The notes beneath the pieces were generated by a model, which had not been told where the DNA came from, ran no database searches, and was given only the letters and a program-made list of their open reading frames with translations. A stretch of 64,000 nucleotides of DNA from Promethearchaeota archaeon Loki_b32 (GTDB lineage: Archaea > Asgardarchaeota > Lokiarchaeia > Sigyniarchaeales > SOKP01): the NCBI GenBank assembly GCA_005223125.1, contig NJBH01000003.1, positions 128,001 through 192,000 on the forward strand, written 5' to 3'. This document shows positions 21,311-30,716 of the stretch, piece by piece (position 1 is the first letter of the stretch; each line of letters starts with the position of its first letter). The position numbers and the translations under genes are program-made.

Positions 21311-22531
21311 TTACTTACCCCACATTCTTATCATTTCTCTTGAAATTAAATACTTCATTATTTCAGTCGATCCCGCTGCTATTTGCCCTACTTTAGCATC
21401 TCTGTAATAGCGTTCTAAGGGATATTCTTCAGAATAACCTAAACCACCAACAATCTGAATAGCATCTTGTGTAATTTTTACAGTAGCATCTGCAAGCTTA
21501 GCTTTAACCGCAGCAACTGATGCTCTACAGTAATGCCCTTCATCAAGCATTCTCGCTATTTGCGCCATAGCCATCCTATTTAATTCTATGTCCATAAACA
21601 TTTCACTTAGTTTGAACGAAATTCCTTCAAATGAGTAAATTGGTTTTTTAAATTGAATCCTCTTATGAGCATACTTGTATGCCACTTCGAACGCACTTCT
21701 TGCTAAACCAACATATTGAGATGCAGTAAAGGTTCTCTCACCATCAAGTCCAAACATCAATACCTCAACTCCTTCATTTTCCTTATGGATTAAATTTTCG
21801 ACTGGTACTTTACAATTATTAAATTGGAGATGAGAATTTGGCATTCCTCTACGGCCCATATGATTATAATCTTTGATAACCTCAAATCCTGATGTCTCCG
21901 TCTCAAAGATGAAGGCTGAAATACCTTGATGCCTTCTAACTTGGTCATTAGTAACTGCATATAAACAAATGTAGTCTGCAACACTTCCGTTAGTTATAAA
22001 TCTTTTTTCTCCATTTAGTATATAGTAATCTCCCTGTTTCCTGGCTCTTAGATTCATTCCTCCTACAGCATCAGAACCTCCTGTAGGTTCTGTTATCCCT
22101 ATTGCCCCAATTTTTGTACCATCAGCAATACCTGTAAGATATTTCTTTTTTTGTTCAGAAGTTCCATATTCAATAATAGGGCCAGTAAATAGACAAGAGG
22201 AAGCGCCAAATATTGTTGCGATGGAATAATTAAAAGCAGATAACTCTTCGCCAAAAATCGTACGGTACAGTATTCCCTTACCTAATCCCCCAGCTTCTTC
22301 AGGAATTACTATGTTTAGATATGGTTTCATTTTTCGTAGAGTTTCCACAGCTAATTTTGTATTTCTTTCCTTATCAATCTTATCAGAAACGGGTTGTATA
22401 TTTTCTTCGCACCATTTACGCACTTCCATGCGGAATTCGTTTTCTTCTTCTGAATAATAATATAATCTATCAGGCATACAAGAATATCCAAAATTTAAAT
22501 TTAAATCCTCAAATTGTATATTTCCAACCAT
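21311..22531 (-). CDS. Acyl-CoA dehydrogenase
   Basis: ITEPTGGSD, NGEKRFITNG, GGLGYSEEYPLERYYRDAK. Confidence 0.92.
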   Translation of the reverse strand: MVGNIQFEDLNLNFGYSCMPDRLYYYSEEENEFRMEVRKWCEENIQPVSDKIDKERNTKLAVETLRKMKPYLNIVIPEEAGGLGKGILYRTIFGEELSAFNYSIATIFGASSCLFTGPIIEYGTSEQKKKYLTGIADGTKIGAIGITEPTGGSDAVGGMNLRARKQGDYYILNGEKRFITNGSVADYICLYAVTNDQVRRHQGISAFIFETETSGFEVIKDYNHMGRRGMPNSHLQFNNCKVPVENLIHKENEGVEVLMFGLDGERTFTASQYVGLARSAFEVAYKYAHKRIQFKKPIYSFEGISFKLSEMFMDIELNRMAMAQIARMLDEGHYCRASVAAVKAKLADATVKITQDAIQIVGGLGYSEEYPLERYYRDAKVGQIAAGSTEIMKYLISREMIRMWGK

Positions 22532-22710
22532 TTAAATCAATTTATTATTAATTTTAGAGATAGTTAAAAATTAATTAAAAACCTCAATGAAATATCAAAT
22601 TATAAGTTTGTTACGTATAAAATCTCTCTAATTAAAATATTTTATTTCGTATAATGCTCTTGCTATTGATTCTTAAGGAAATAGAAAATATTAAAGTCAA
22701 GAAATATAAT

Positions 22711-25125
22711 TCATTCAGTAAAACACAGTAAATCCTTCTGGATGGATTTATTATTGAAATCTAATTTCAGAAGCGCTTCAAGTTCGGGGAATTTAAAAGG
22801 AAAAATGTTTTCAAACGCTCTTTTTAGCAGTTCAACATATTTCTTTCTGTCGTATTCGTGCCTTTTCTCATCATACAAATCTGAAAGTATTACTTTTTTT
22901 TCAGGAAAATCAGCATCAGCATCAGCATTAAGAATAATATATCTCACATTTTTCCCAGCAGACGCTACTACACCTGATCTTTCTAACTGTCTAGCAGCAA
23001 CCGCTTGGTAGCTATTTACTTTGTATTGATTTGGACTTCGAGAGATCTTTTGTTTTATCGTTAGCTCATCTCTTGATACTTCTCCTGAGTACACCCTCTC
23101 CACATATTCGAAGAGCTTTTTCTTTGCTTGAGGAATTCTTTCATTGAACTCATCAGCGGTCTTTGCTCCTTGAAATATGTCAATAAAAGCGTATTGAGCA
23201 TCTTTCACAATTTTGGGCGTATCTCTACGTCTCACTTCAATGCCTCTCACCTTAATCTCTCCGTTACTTTTTATCCCCCAGTAGTGATTTAGTGTCGGAA
23301 TGTCGTGTTCTGCTCGGGAAGGTAAGAAAACGATTACATTATATATCCCCTCCCAATTCATGGGAATTTTCATCTCTCGTGTGATTTTTTCCGCAATACC
23401 TTTTGTCAACTTTTCAAATTCTTCTGGAGTTCTTCCTTTCGTATCTTGGAGCCACAATGAATCCACAATTCCATGAATAATTCGGCATCCATGCTGTTCG
23501 GCAATCTCAGCAGAGCGCATTAGAAATTCTCGAGCAAAAGCACATACCGTTTGGTGGGCTTCGATTTTTCCAAAACGTGCATTCTTGAATCCTAAATAGC
23601 CAAAACTTACAACAAGTACCCATTTTAATGCAATATCCGTAAATTTATAACGAAGATCATCATGAGTTTTGTTATAATCTTTATACTGGAGACGTTTTCT
23701 TAGCGGTAGGCTGATTGATTTTGAGATGATTCCTTGCCTTTTGGAGCAAATATGAAAACTTCCACCCCCTGGCACTCTAAGTCCTGTTCCATCATCTTTG
23801 CAACATTTACAGTTTATTGTCTCTGAAGAAATGTTAAAATTTGCCATTAAAGATGGATACATTGAAGAAAAATCTAACTCTACGACTTGATCGAAGACTC
23901 CAATTAACGGTTCGAATATATGTCCTCCTCGATCATTTGTAATCAAATCCATACCACTTCGAAAATCTTCTGGACTCTTCTTGAAAGGGGGGATAAGATG
24001 ATCTAGTTTATATGCATTATAATATTGGATAGATTGAAGAGCACCTCCAATTGTTATTCTGCATAACCTCTGCATTGGTACACGTGAAATACGTGCGACT
24101 TCGATCACACCAGGGATATTACCCTCGCTAAAATGTAAACTGCCATAAGTCGTAGTGTCTAAATGAAAACGCCCTGTAAAGTAAACTTGTGTTTTCGAAC
24201 GTCGCATTATTATTCCATAAGACATGTAATGATCTGAGTTTCCTGAAAGGTTGAAGATACAATTTCTAAGTGGTGTTTTAGTACGAGAAAAATATAGATC
24301 CTTTGATACTCGATTCACTGATGCTCGAGCAGCCAAGTAAGGAAATACGAATTCATCTCCTCCATGTGTCAATATTATATCTGGATTTAATCGCTCAATC
24401 ACCTTACTAATTGTCTTGATGGTTTCAGCTTCATCAGCTTTATCGATTAGAATCTTTCTTTTCCTCTGTCCGTCTGCTCTTGGGATGTTGGCTTTTTCAT
24501 CTTTTTCAACAATACTAACTTCTGCATATAGCAGAGGGTCGTTGTAATATGATCTCATTCCACGTTGCTGTATTTTAATATCCAACCACACAGCTTTTAG
24601 AGGAGGTAAATCGTAAAACAATTCTTCGTTGTTGTCTTTTAATTCTAATGATATTAAACGCATTGAGTGCTCGTTTGCTTTTTTCTTCTTTTCAAGTTTG
24701 ACCTTTAAACCGCATAAAGACATTGGAAATAAGTCATTTACATAGAAATACATCTGAGAGATTGGAAGATCTGTATTATATGTTGTAAAAAGACCAATTT
24801 CATCGATTTCTTTTATTGTTTTCTTGAACACCGAAGGTTTTACTACAGAAACTCCAAATATTTTTGCTTTTTCATGATCTTCCAGCTTCACATATTTTTC
24901 ACAGATTCTCACACCTTTTATATTGTGATGAGATTTAAGAATCTGTTTTAGTCTCTTAAAATCTTTGCCAACATGTCGTTTTGGCACGGCGAAAAACTCG
25001 GGGTGGAAGTCATGGAAAATTTTTACTACCTTTTGCTCTTTTACAGTTTTCACCCAAAGAATGACTCCATTGTTATACGTGGTGACATCTAACAGCCAAC
25101 CATCAAATTGATCTTGGAAATCCAA
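22711..25125 (-). CDS. polB2: Family B DNA polymerase, PolB2 group
   Basis: Motif A DFSSMYPS, motif B KWVLVVSFGYLG, motif C altered to HGIVDS, degenerate exonuclease motifs, adjacent MGRTVPS small gene. Confidence 0.88.
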   Translation of the reverse strand: MDFQDQFDGWLLDVTTYNNGVILWVKTVKEQKVVKIFHDFHPEFFAVPKRHVGKDFKRLKQILKSHHNIKGVRICEKYVKLEDHEKAKIFGVSVVKPSVFKKTIKEIDEIGLFTTYNTDLPISQMYFYVNDLFPMSLCGLKVKLEKKKKANEHSMRLISLELKDNNEELFYDLPPLKAVWLDIKIQQRGMRSYYNDPLLYAEVSIVEKDEKANIPRADGQRKRKILIDKADEAETIKTISKVIERLNPDIILTHGGDEFVFPYLAARASVNRVSKDLYFSRTKTPLRNCIFNLSGNSDHYMSYGIIMRRSKTQVYFTGRFHLDTTTYGSLHFSEGNIPGVIEVARISRVPMQRLCRITIGGALQSIQYYNAYKLDHLIPPFKKSPEDFRSGMDLITNDRGGHIFEPLIGVFDQVVELDFSSMYPSLMANFNISSETINCKCCKDDGTGLRVPGGGSFHICSKRQGIISKSISLPLRKRLQYKDYNKTHDDLRYKFTDIALKWVLVVSFGYLGFKNARFGKIEAHQTVCAFAREFLMRSAEIAEQHGCRIIHGIVDSLWLQDTKGRTPEEFEKLTKGIAEKITREMKIPMNWEGIYNVIVFLPSRAEHDIPTLNHYWGIKSNGEIKVRGIEVRRRDTPKIVKDAQYAFIDIFQGAKTADEFNERIPQAKKKLFEYVERVYSGEVSRDELTIKQKISRSPNQYKVNSYQAVAARQLERSGVVASAGKNVRYIILNADADADFPEKKVILSDLYDEKRHEYDRKKYVELLKRAFENIFPFKFPELEALLKLDFNNKSIQKDLLCFTE

Positions 25126-25128
25126 TCC

Positions 25129-25401
25129 CTAACCTTTTCTTTTTATCATTTTTTCTAATTCTTTTACTTTCTCTTCTAACATCTCGATTTTTTTTTCTTG
25201 TTCAACTGCAAAGGAGATGAATAATACTTCTGATAGCAGTGGACGTGCACTCAAACTCCCCGCATCTGCGTGTATTCGAGCAAAATTCATCAATTTATCA
25301 AATATTTTCTGTTCTTCTGGACGCAATGCTCTTTTGAAGTCCTTCCAGCTTTCAATTTCATGCTCCAAAGCAGGTCTAAAAGAAGGTACAGTTCTACCCA
25401 T
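25129..25401 (-). CDS. Small PolB2-associated protein (arCOG07300-like)
   Basis: MGRTVPSFR...W..F.RAL...Q..FD signature, 3 bp upstream of polB2. Confidence 0.8.
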   Translation of the reverse strand: MGRTVPSFRPALEHEIESWKDFKRALRPEEQKIFDKLMNFARIHADAGSLSARPLLSEVLFISFAVEQEKKIEMLEEKVKELEKMIKRKG

Positions 25402-25591
25402 TTTTTATTTCATCCGATTCTGTTAGAATCCCAGAGAATAAGTATTTCGATAAATTAAAAGGAGAATACATTACTAATTTTCTAATTTCTGAGACAATCT
25501 AATTCACTAAGATTTATTCCATCTAAATAAATAGAATCCTTAATTACTATTTCTTATAAATTTGATTATAAATAATGTAAGCACGATAGAA

Positions 25592-26562
25592 ATGAGTTAT
25601 AAAATCATTGATTCTCTTTGTTATGTTCCTACTGAAGAAGTGTTCGTTGATCTTTTAGTATCTTTGCCTCCACAAATGACTAGATACCTAAAAGATGTTT
25701 TTGGTCCAAGAGTAGCCCCTCTCTTAGGTATTACATCAGATGAACTATATAAAATAAAATCAACTCTAAGTACATTCGAACTTAAGAAAGCAATTAAACC
25801 TTATTTACCCAAAATAAGGAAATTAACTATGTCAGTTGAAAAATTTGTTGAACTACTCAATAAAATGGGAGTAGAAAAAGCAGTGATCTTCAATTTAGAT
25901 GAAGAAACCCCTAGTGGTATCGCTGGGCTTCCAAATGATTATTATGCGGAGATAGTAAGACAATTTCCAGACAAGTTCATAGGATTTGCTGGTATTGACC
26001 CCTGAAAAAAAAGAAGGCTATTCAAGAAATTAAGCGATCGTATGAGTTAGGTCTAAGAGGGATCGCAATCAGACCTTTTATGTTTCAAATCCCTCCCACT
26101 GATAAAAAAATGTATCCAATTTATTCTACATGCGTAGAATTTGATATACCTATTTGGTTTCATATATCTATTAATTATTCAACAAATACAATGGGAGTCG
26201 AACGTCCAATCTATCTTGATGTTGTTGCTCAAGACTTTCCTGAATTAAAAATAATTGCCGGACATGGAGGATGGCCTTGGGTAAATGAAATGGTTGCTGT
26301 TGCCTGGCGTAATCCTAATATTTATATTGATATTGCTTCTTACTTGCCTAAATATATAGGCATGCAAGGAACAGGATGGGAACCCCTAATGCACTTTGGT
26401 AATTCTGTTTTACAAGATAAAATCCTATTTGGCTCCACTTGGCTTTTCATGGGAATGTCAATAAAACAACTTGCAGATGAAGTCATGAAATTACTTTTAA
26501 AGGAAAAAGTAAAAGAAAAATGGCTCTATGGTAACGCGGCTCGACTTTTGGGTATAAAGTGA
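25592..26562 (+). pseudogene. Amidohydrolase-2 family gene split by a 1-nt frameshift
   Basis: ...FIGFAGIDP* continues in the -1 frame as LKKKKAIQEIKRSYELGLRGIAIRPF...MYPIY...IIAGHGGWPW...KILFGS. Confidence 0.8.
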
Positions 26563-26579
26563 ACAATTATTTTATATTT

Positions 26580-26717
26580 TTACTCTTTATCTTCACACTC
26601 AGGACATTTTATCTCATCAAAATCTTCTAAATCACTTCTCCAAACATAAATTATACTATTACCTTCACATAATTTACATTTTTTCACATCGCCTTTAGGG
26701 TATACAATATAACTCAA
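26580..26717 (-). CDS. 45-aa zinc-ribbon miniprotein
   Basis: TTG start with AAGGTGA SD. MSYIVYPKGDVKKCKLCEG...IKCPECEDKE*. Confidence 0.65.
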   Translation of the reverse strand: MSYIVYPKGDVKKCKLCEGNSIIYVWRSDLEDFDEIKCPECEDKE

Positions 26718-26919
26718 ATTTTTATTTCACCTTCCAAATGAAATCAAGCTACAATATCTATACCTAATTCCAACAAACTATGATAATTTTACCTATTTAA
26801 ATGTTTTCATATTTTTTGAAACTTGAGAAGATATTTCTTCTTAAAAAATATAAAAAAATATTAATTAATCTCGAAACTTATTAGTTTAAAACAGAAAAAC
26901 AAAGCATAATGATGTAGCA

Positions 26920-27339
26920 ATGGTTGAAGACATAAAAAAATGGCATGCTCCTTGTGGCATCTATTGCAAGAGATGTCCTGGTGTAGAATCTTTTGGATGT
27001 AATGGGTGTCGTGATCAAAAAGGCCAAATATTAAAATTTCCAGTTTGTAAAACTTATGATTGTGTTACTAGTAAGGGTTATGAATTTTGCTATGAATGTG
27101 CTGATTTTCCTTGTGAAATGTTGCAGCCTATAGTAAATTTTGAAATCTTTAAACCCCATAATTCTAAAGTGTACAACTCAATTATGATAAAAAAGTTAGG
27201 TTTAGAGGAATGGAATAAAATCTGTGATTATAAAACTACCCTTTATTACCAGGGGAGAAAAGTACAATATGGTGGCGATCCTCTCACTTTAGAGGAAAAG
27301 GACCCTAATATGTATAAAAAAAAGAATGAAGAAGACTAA
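26920..27339 (+). CDS. Cys-rich protein, DUF3795-like
   Basis: APCGIYCKRC...CNGCR...C..Y.C....G.EFCYEC.DFPC. Confidence 0.8.
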   Translation: MVEDIKKWHAPCGIYCKRCPGVESFGCNGCRDQKGQILKFPVCKTYDCVTSKGYEFCYECADFPCEMLQPIVNFEIFKPHNSKVYNSIMIKKLGLEEWNKICDYKTTLYYQGRKVQYGGDPLTLEEKDPNMYKKKNEED

Positions 27340-27435
27340 ATTCATTTTAGGTTAGTTATATGCTACAAATCTCCTAAAATACCTAGACTATCACTAATCC
27401 TCGAAAAAGTAAATCAAATTATACTATCAAAAAAG

Positions 27436-27984
27436 CTAAGTTTTCTCTGCTTTCGTCTTAGCTTCCTCCTTAATTCTCTCAACTCCCTTCGTAGCTTTCT
27501 CAGCCCTCTTCTTAGCGCCCTCAGCAACCTTCTTAGTTTTCTCTGCTTTCCGCTTAGCTTTCTCAGCTGCCTTCTCAGCTGCCTTCTCAGCTTTCTCAGT
27601 TGCCTTCTCAGCTTTCTCAGCTACCGTCTTAGCTACCTTTTCAGCTTTCTCAGTTTCCTTCTCAATATCCTTACTTTTTTTAACTACTTTCTCAGATACA
27701 TCCTTAGCTTTTATCTCAGCTTTCTCAGCAACCATCCTAGCTTTCTCAGCTACTTTCTCAGCTCTCTCAGCAATCATTTTAGTTTCCTCAGCTGCCTCAG
27801 ATCCTATTCGAGATTTTTTAGCGACTCTTAGTGTTTCCATTTCATATCTCGTATAATCCTCATTTGTTGCCTTCCTTATAGTCTTTACACCACATTTTTC
27901 ACAATATTCTGTTACTGTAGTTGTAAATTCTCCACATTCATCACAGACAAATTTAAATGTCTTTTTAAATGTTTTCATGTCCAA
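27436..27984 (-). CDS. Zinc-ribbon protein with K/A/E-rich repeat tail
   Basis: CDECG...YCEKCG followed by KAEK/AAEK repeats (GCTTTCTCA-type units on + strand). Confidence 0.7.
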   Translation of the reverse strand: MDMKTFKKTFKFVCDECGEFTTTVTEYCEKCGVKTIRKATNEDYTRYEMETLRVAKKSRIGSEAAEETKMIAERAEKVAEKARMVAEKAEIKAKDVSEKVVKKSKDIEKETEKAEKVAKTVAEKAEKATEKAEKAAEKAAEKAKRKAEKTKKVAEGAKKRAEKATKGVERIKEEAKTKAEKT

Positions 27985-28146
27985 AATTCTTCACATCTCT
28001 AAAATTTTTTTTTCTATACAATACTGACTATTCTTTACATTATTTAAAAATTGTTCACAATTATATATTTATTCGCATGGTATAGATAAATTCATGTTTT
28101 CTTAATAGATATAAATCGCATGAAATAAATTTAAATTAGAGGAGAA

Positions 28147-28254
28147 CTAAACTTAATAATCTAATGTCGTATTTTTTAAAGAAACTTTTCTCTTGGATAT
28201 ACGAGGTTTCCACCTTAACAACTTATTATCTGAAAGATATGGGTGTTGGACGAG
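28147..28254 (-). pseudogene. Remnant of a second RadA-like gene (C-terminal ~33 codons)
   Basis: LVQHPYLSDNKLLRWKPRISKRKVSLKNTTLDY* versus LVQHPYLPEKGLKKWKPRKSKKKVPLKNTTIDYWF (23/33 identical). Confidence 0.85.
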
Positions 28255-28354
28255 AACTAAAAAAGAAAATTTAAATTTTCAGATAATCAACAAATTTAAT
28301 CTATAATTTTTAAAATAAAATTTTAAATTAGACTTATTTTGATATTATTATATT

Positions 28355-29089
28355 ATGGTTGATTTAATCATATTTCTAAATTTTATTGGGATGATCTTTG
28401 AAATTTTTATCATCATTTTTGCTGCGATTTTACTAATACTTATATTAAAAAAGTATTTCATTAAGCGTCATAAACTAACTCGGCTGCTTTTAATAATTTT
28501 CACTTGCTATTTTCTTGCAATTCTCTTTTCTTGGATATCAAAAGTTTTTGTAGTTGTACAATTAAATGTGGTCCAGGATGGATCTATAATTACTTGGATG
28601 TATAATATAATATTAGGCTTTAGATTAAGTGAATTCTTCGTGACGATTGCCATTTTCTTATCTTATATATTAAAAGTAAATGTATTTGAAAAAGGATATA
28701 ATACCTTACAAAGATATATCATAATAATATATGGAATATTCGCATGCGTTTATGTTTTTATTTTCTATGAAGACGGTAATACTTTATTAGATATTATTGC
28801 GTTCTTAATTGTTTTCATATATATGGTTATGGTTTACGCACCCTTTTTACGAAGAGCAATAGAATCTTATCGTGGAGTAGATGTGAAGATTTATAAACAA
28901 GCCTTTTTATCATTAGCAATCATGTCTTTTAGTTTTATATTGATATTTCTCAATTTTGCAATCGACCGAGTATTAATCTTTTTAGGGAGCCCTGGTTTTA
29001 CAGTGTTTTATTTTCTAGCGTGGATTTTTGCTATAGTCGGAATTTTTGGAGCATATTATGGATATATTAGACCAAAATCTATTGAATAA
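28355..29089 (+). CDS. Multi-pass (about 7 TM) membrane protein
   Basis: About seven hydrophobic segments, no catalytic motif seen. Confidence 0.75.
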   Translation: MVDLIIFLNFIGMIFEIFIIIFAAILLILILKKYFIKRHKLTRLLLIIFTCYFLAILFSWISKVFVVVQLNVVQDGSIITWMYNIILGFRLSEFFVTIAIFLSYILKVNVFEKGYNTLQRYIIIIYGIFACVYVFIFYEDGNTLLDIIAFLIVFIYMVMVYAPFLRRAIESYRGVDVKIYKQAFLSLAIMSFSFILIFLNFAIDRVLIFLGSPGFTVFYFLAWIFAIVGIFGAYYGYIRPKSIE

Positions 29090-29178
29090 TAAATATTAAT
29101 TTTTTAAAAATTAAACATTAAATATTTTATATATATTTTTTTTTATTAACTTCATAGTTAATTTAAATATAATAATCT

Positions 29179-29601
29179 GTGATTTCTGTGGAAAAGGTAA
29201 TACAAGATATTTGGATATTAAATGATGCTGGCGCTGTCTTATATCATCGTATTTTTAATAAAAACGTTGATGACCAATTAATTGGTGCATTAATGTCTGC
29301 GTTAAACCTACTAGCGGAAGAATTAGAAAGAGGAGGTTTATCTAATTTCGAGATAAAAGACAAAAAATATATTATCCTGAAACAGCATGGATTATCTTTT
29401 ATTGTAAACTCTTCGAAAAAGACTAAGGAGAAAAAAATTAAAGAGGAAATGAAAAGTATTGTAAATAAATTCTTTAATTTATATCCAAAAGAGATGCTAA
29501 ATAACTGGGATAATGATGTAAGTATTTTTACTGATTTTGAAAAGCATATTAAAGATAGTTTGCAAGATACTATAGATAAATTCGAAAAAGCTTTTTGGTG
29601 A
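29179..29601 (+). CDS. Longin/roadblock-like small domain protein
   Basis: IWIL.DAG.VLYHR.....DDQLIGALMSAL..LA.E.....L..FE pattern. Confidence 0.7.
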   Translation: MISVEKVIQDIWILNDAGAVLYHRIFNKNVDDQLIGALMSALNLLAEELERGGLSNFEIKDKKYIILKQHGLSFIVNSSKKTKEKKIKEEMKSIVNKFFNLYPKEMLNNWDNDVSIFTDFEKHIKDSLQDTIDKFEKAFW

Positions 29602-29606
29602 TATGC

Positions 29607-30374
29607 TTAAAACCAGTAGTCTATCGTTGTATTCTTTAAAGGAACTTTTTTCTTAGACTTACGGGGTTTCCACTTTTTCAGCCCCTTTTCAGGTAAGTAG
29701 GGATGTTGAACAAGTGTATATTCTACATACCGATCATCATCATTTATCATTACTAGCACGTTTCCAAAATGAGAAAGGATTTTACCTCCTTTTGGTCTGA
29801 ATAGGGAATGCTCATGTAAGGGTGCTGTTATAATAATTAAAGGTTTTGTTTTCTCGAGCATTTGTTTAATTCCATCTATTGCTCGTAGCAGGTCTTCAAA
29901 AGTCTGTTTTTCATAGTTTTCGAACATGGTTGTAATCCCAGAGATTAACACAACTTTCACATCTTCAAGTGTAGAAAGTTTATTCTCCAATATTTCAACT
30001 GTTTGGTCCCAAGTAAAGGCCCTAGAGATCAGGATACTTTCCAAAACTTTCCGAGGAGACAAATTTTGGGAAACCGCAAACTTGCTTACATTATAAGGAT
30101 TAAACCGATTGTTTCCATCTATAAAGGCAACTCTAATACCTTCTCCAAGGCCTCCATTGATAAAAGCTTTCTGAGCAATAACAGCCGTTGTTAATAGAAT
30201 ATTGGTTGTAAGCTTCTTGTCTCCATAGAGCAGATAAACTAAATCTCTGTGAAACCCCCCAGAAAGCAACTCGTCTAGAGTAAGATCCCCACTTGAAACG
30301 AGTGGATAATGACTGTTTCTTTTAAACACCTTAAATCCATCATCATATGAGAGTAACGATTCTTCGAACGTCAT
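29607..30374 (-). CDS. RadA/RecA-like protein with degenerate Walker A (PolB2-associated type)
   Basis: LDELLSGGF, LLYGDKK (no GKT), FIDGNNRFNPY, ISRAFTWDQ. Likely start is ATG 30374. Confidence 0.8.
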   Translation of the reverse strand: MTFEESLLSYDDGFKVFKRNSHYPLVSSGDLTLDELLSGGFHRDLVYLLYGDKKLTTNILLTTAVIAQKAFINGGLGEGIRVAFIDGNNRFNPYNVSKFAVSQNLSPRKVLESILISRAFTWDQTVEILENKLSTLEDVKVVLISGITTMFENYEKQTFEDLLRAIDGIKQMLEKTKPLIIITAPLHEHSLFRPKGGKILSHFGNVLVMINDDDRYVEYTLVQHPYLPEKGLKKWKPRKSKKKVPLKNTTIDYWF

Positions 30375-30716
30375 TATATGGAGTAAGAATTCTTCAAAAT
30401 AAAACAAAGATACACCGACAATTTTCTAAAATACATGCAATTTCTCCATAGTTTAGAAATATCATTTCTATTTTCAAGAAAAAGTGTTCTCTTAAAAGAA
30501 ACATTGTTTCATGGAGACGGAGAGGGGTAATTAAAAGTAAAAATAAAGTATAGAAAATATCTGAATATGGCTTAAGGGCGACAAAATTGATAAAATATTT
30601 TTGATCATATTTGGCAATATGGAGGATAACTAAAATCAAACTTTATAATAAGTGTTACAAAATAATATATTATCATTTTTTTAAATTATAAAAATCAAAA
30701 AAACCAATATATTAAA

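Noticed and set aside
25451-25466. TAAATTAAAAGGAGAA similar to TAAATTAGAGGAGAA at 28132
   Set aside because: It could mark the other end of the insertion in the PolB2 operon, but it is too short and AT-rich to support.
26003-26005. TGA as selenocysteine in the amidohydrolase
   Set aside because: Read-through stays in the wrong frame and stops again shortly, and the position is not a Cys site.
30394-30639. 81-aa minus-strand ORF upstream of the RadA-like gene
   Set aside because: No motif, non-ATG start, and it spans the divergent promoter region. Probably spurious.
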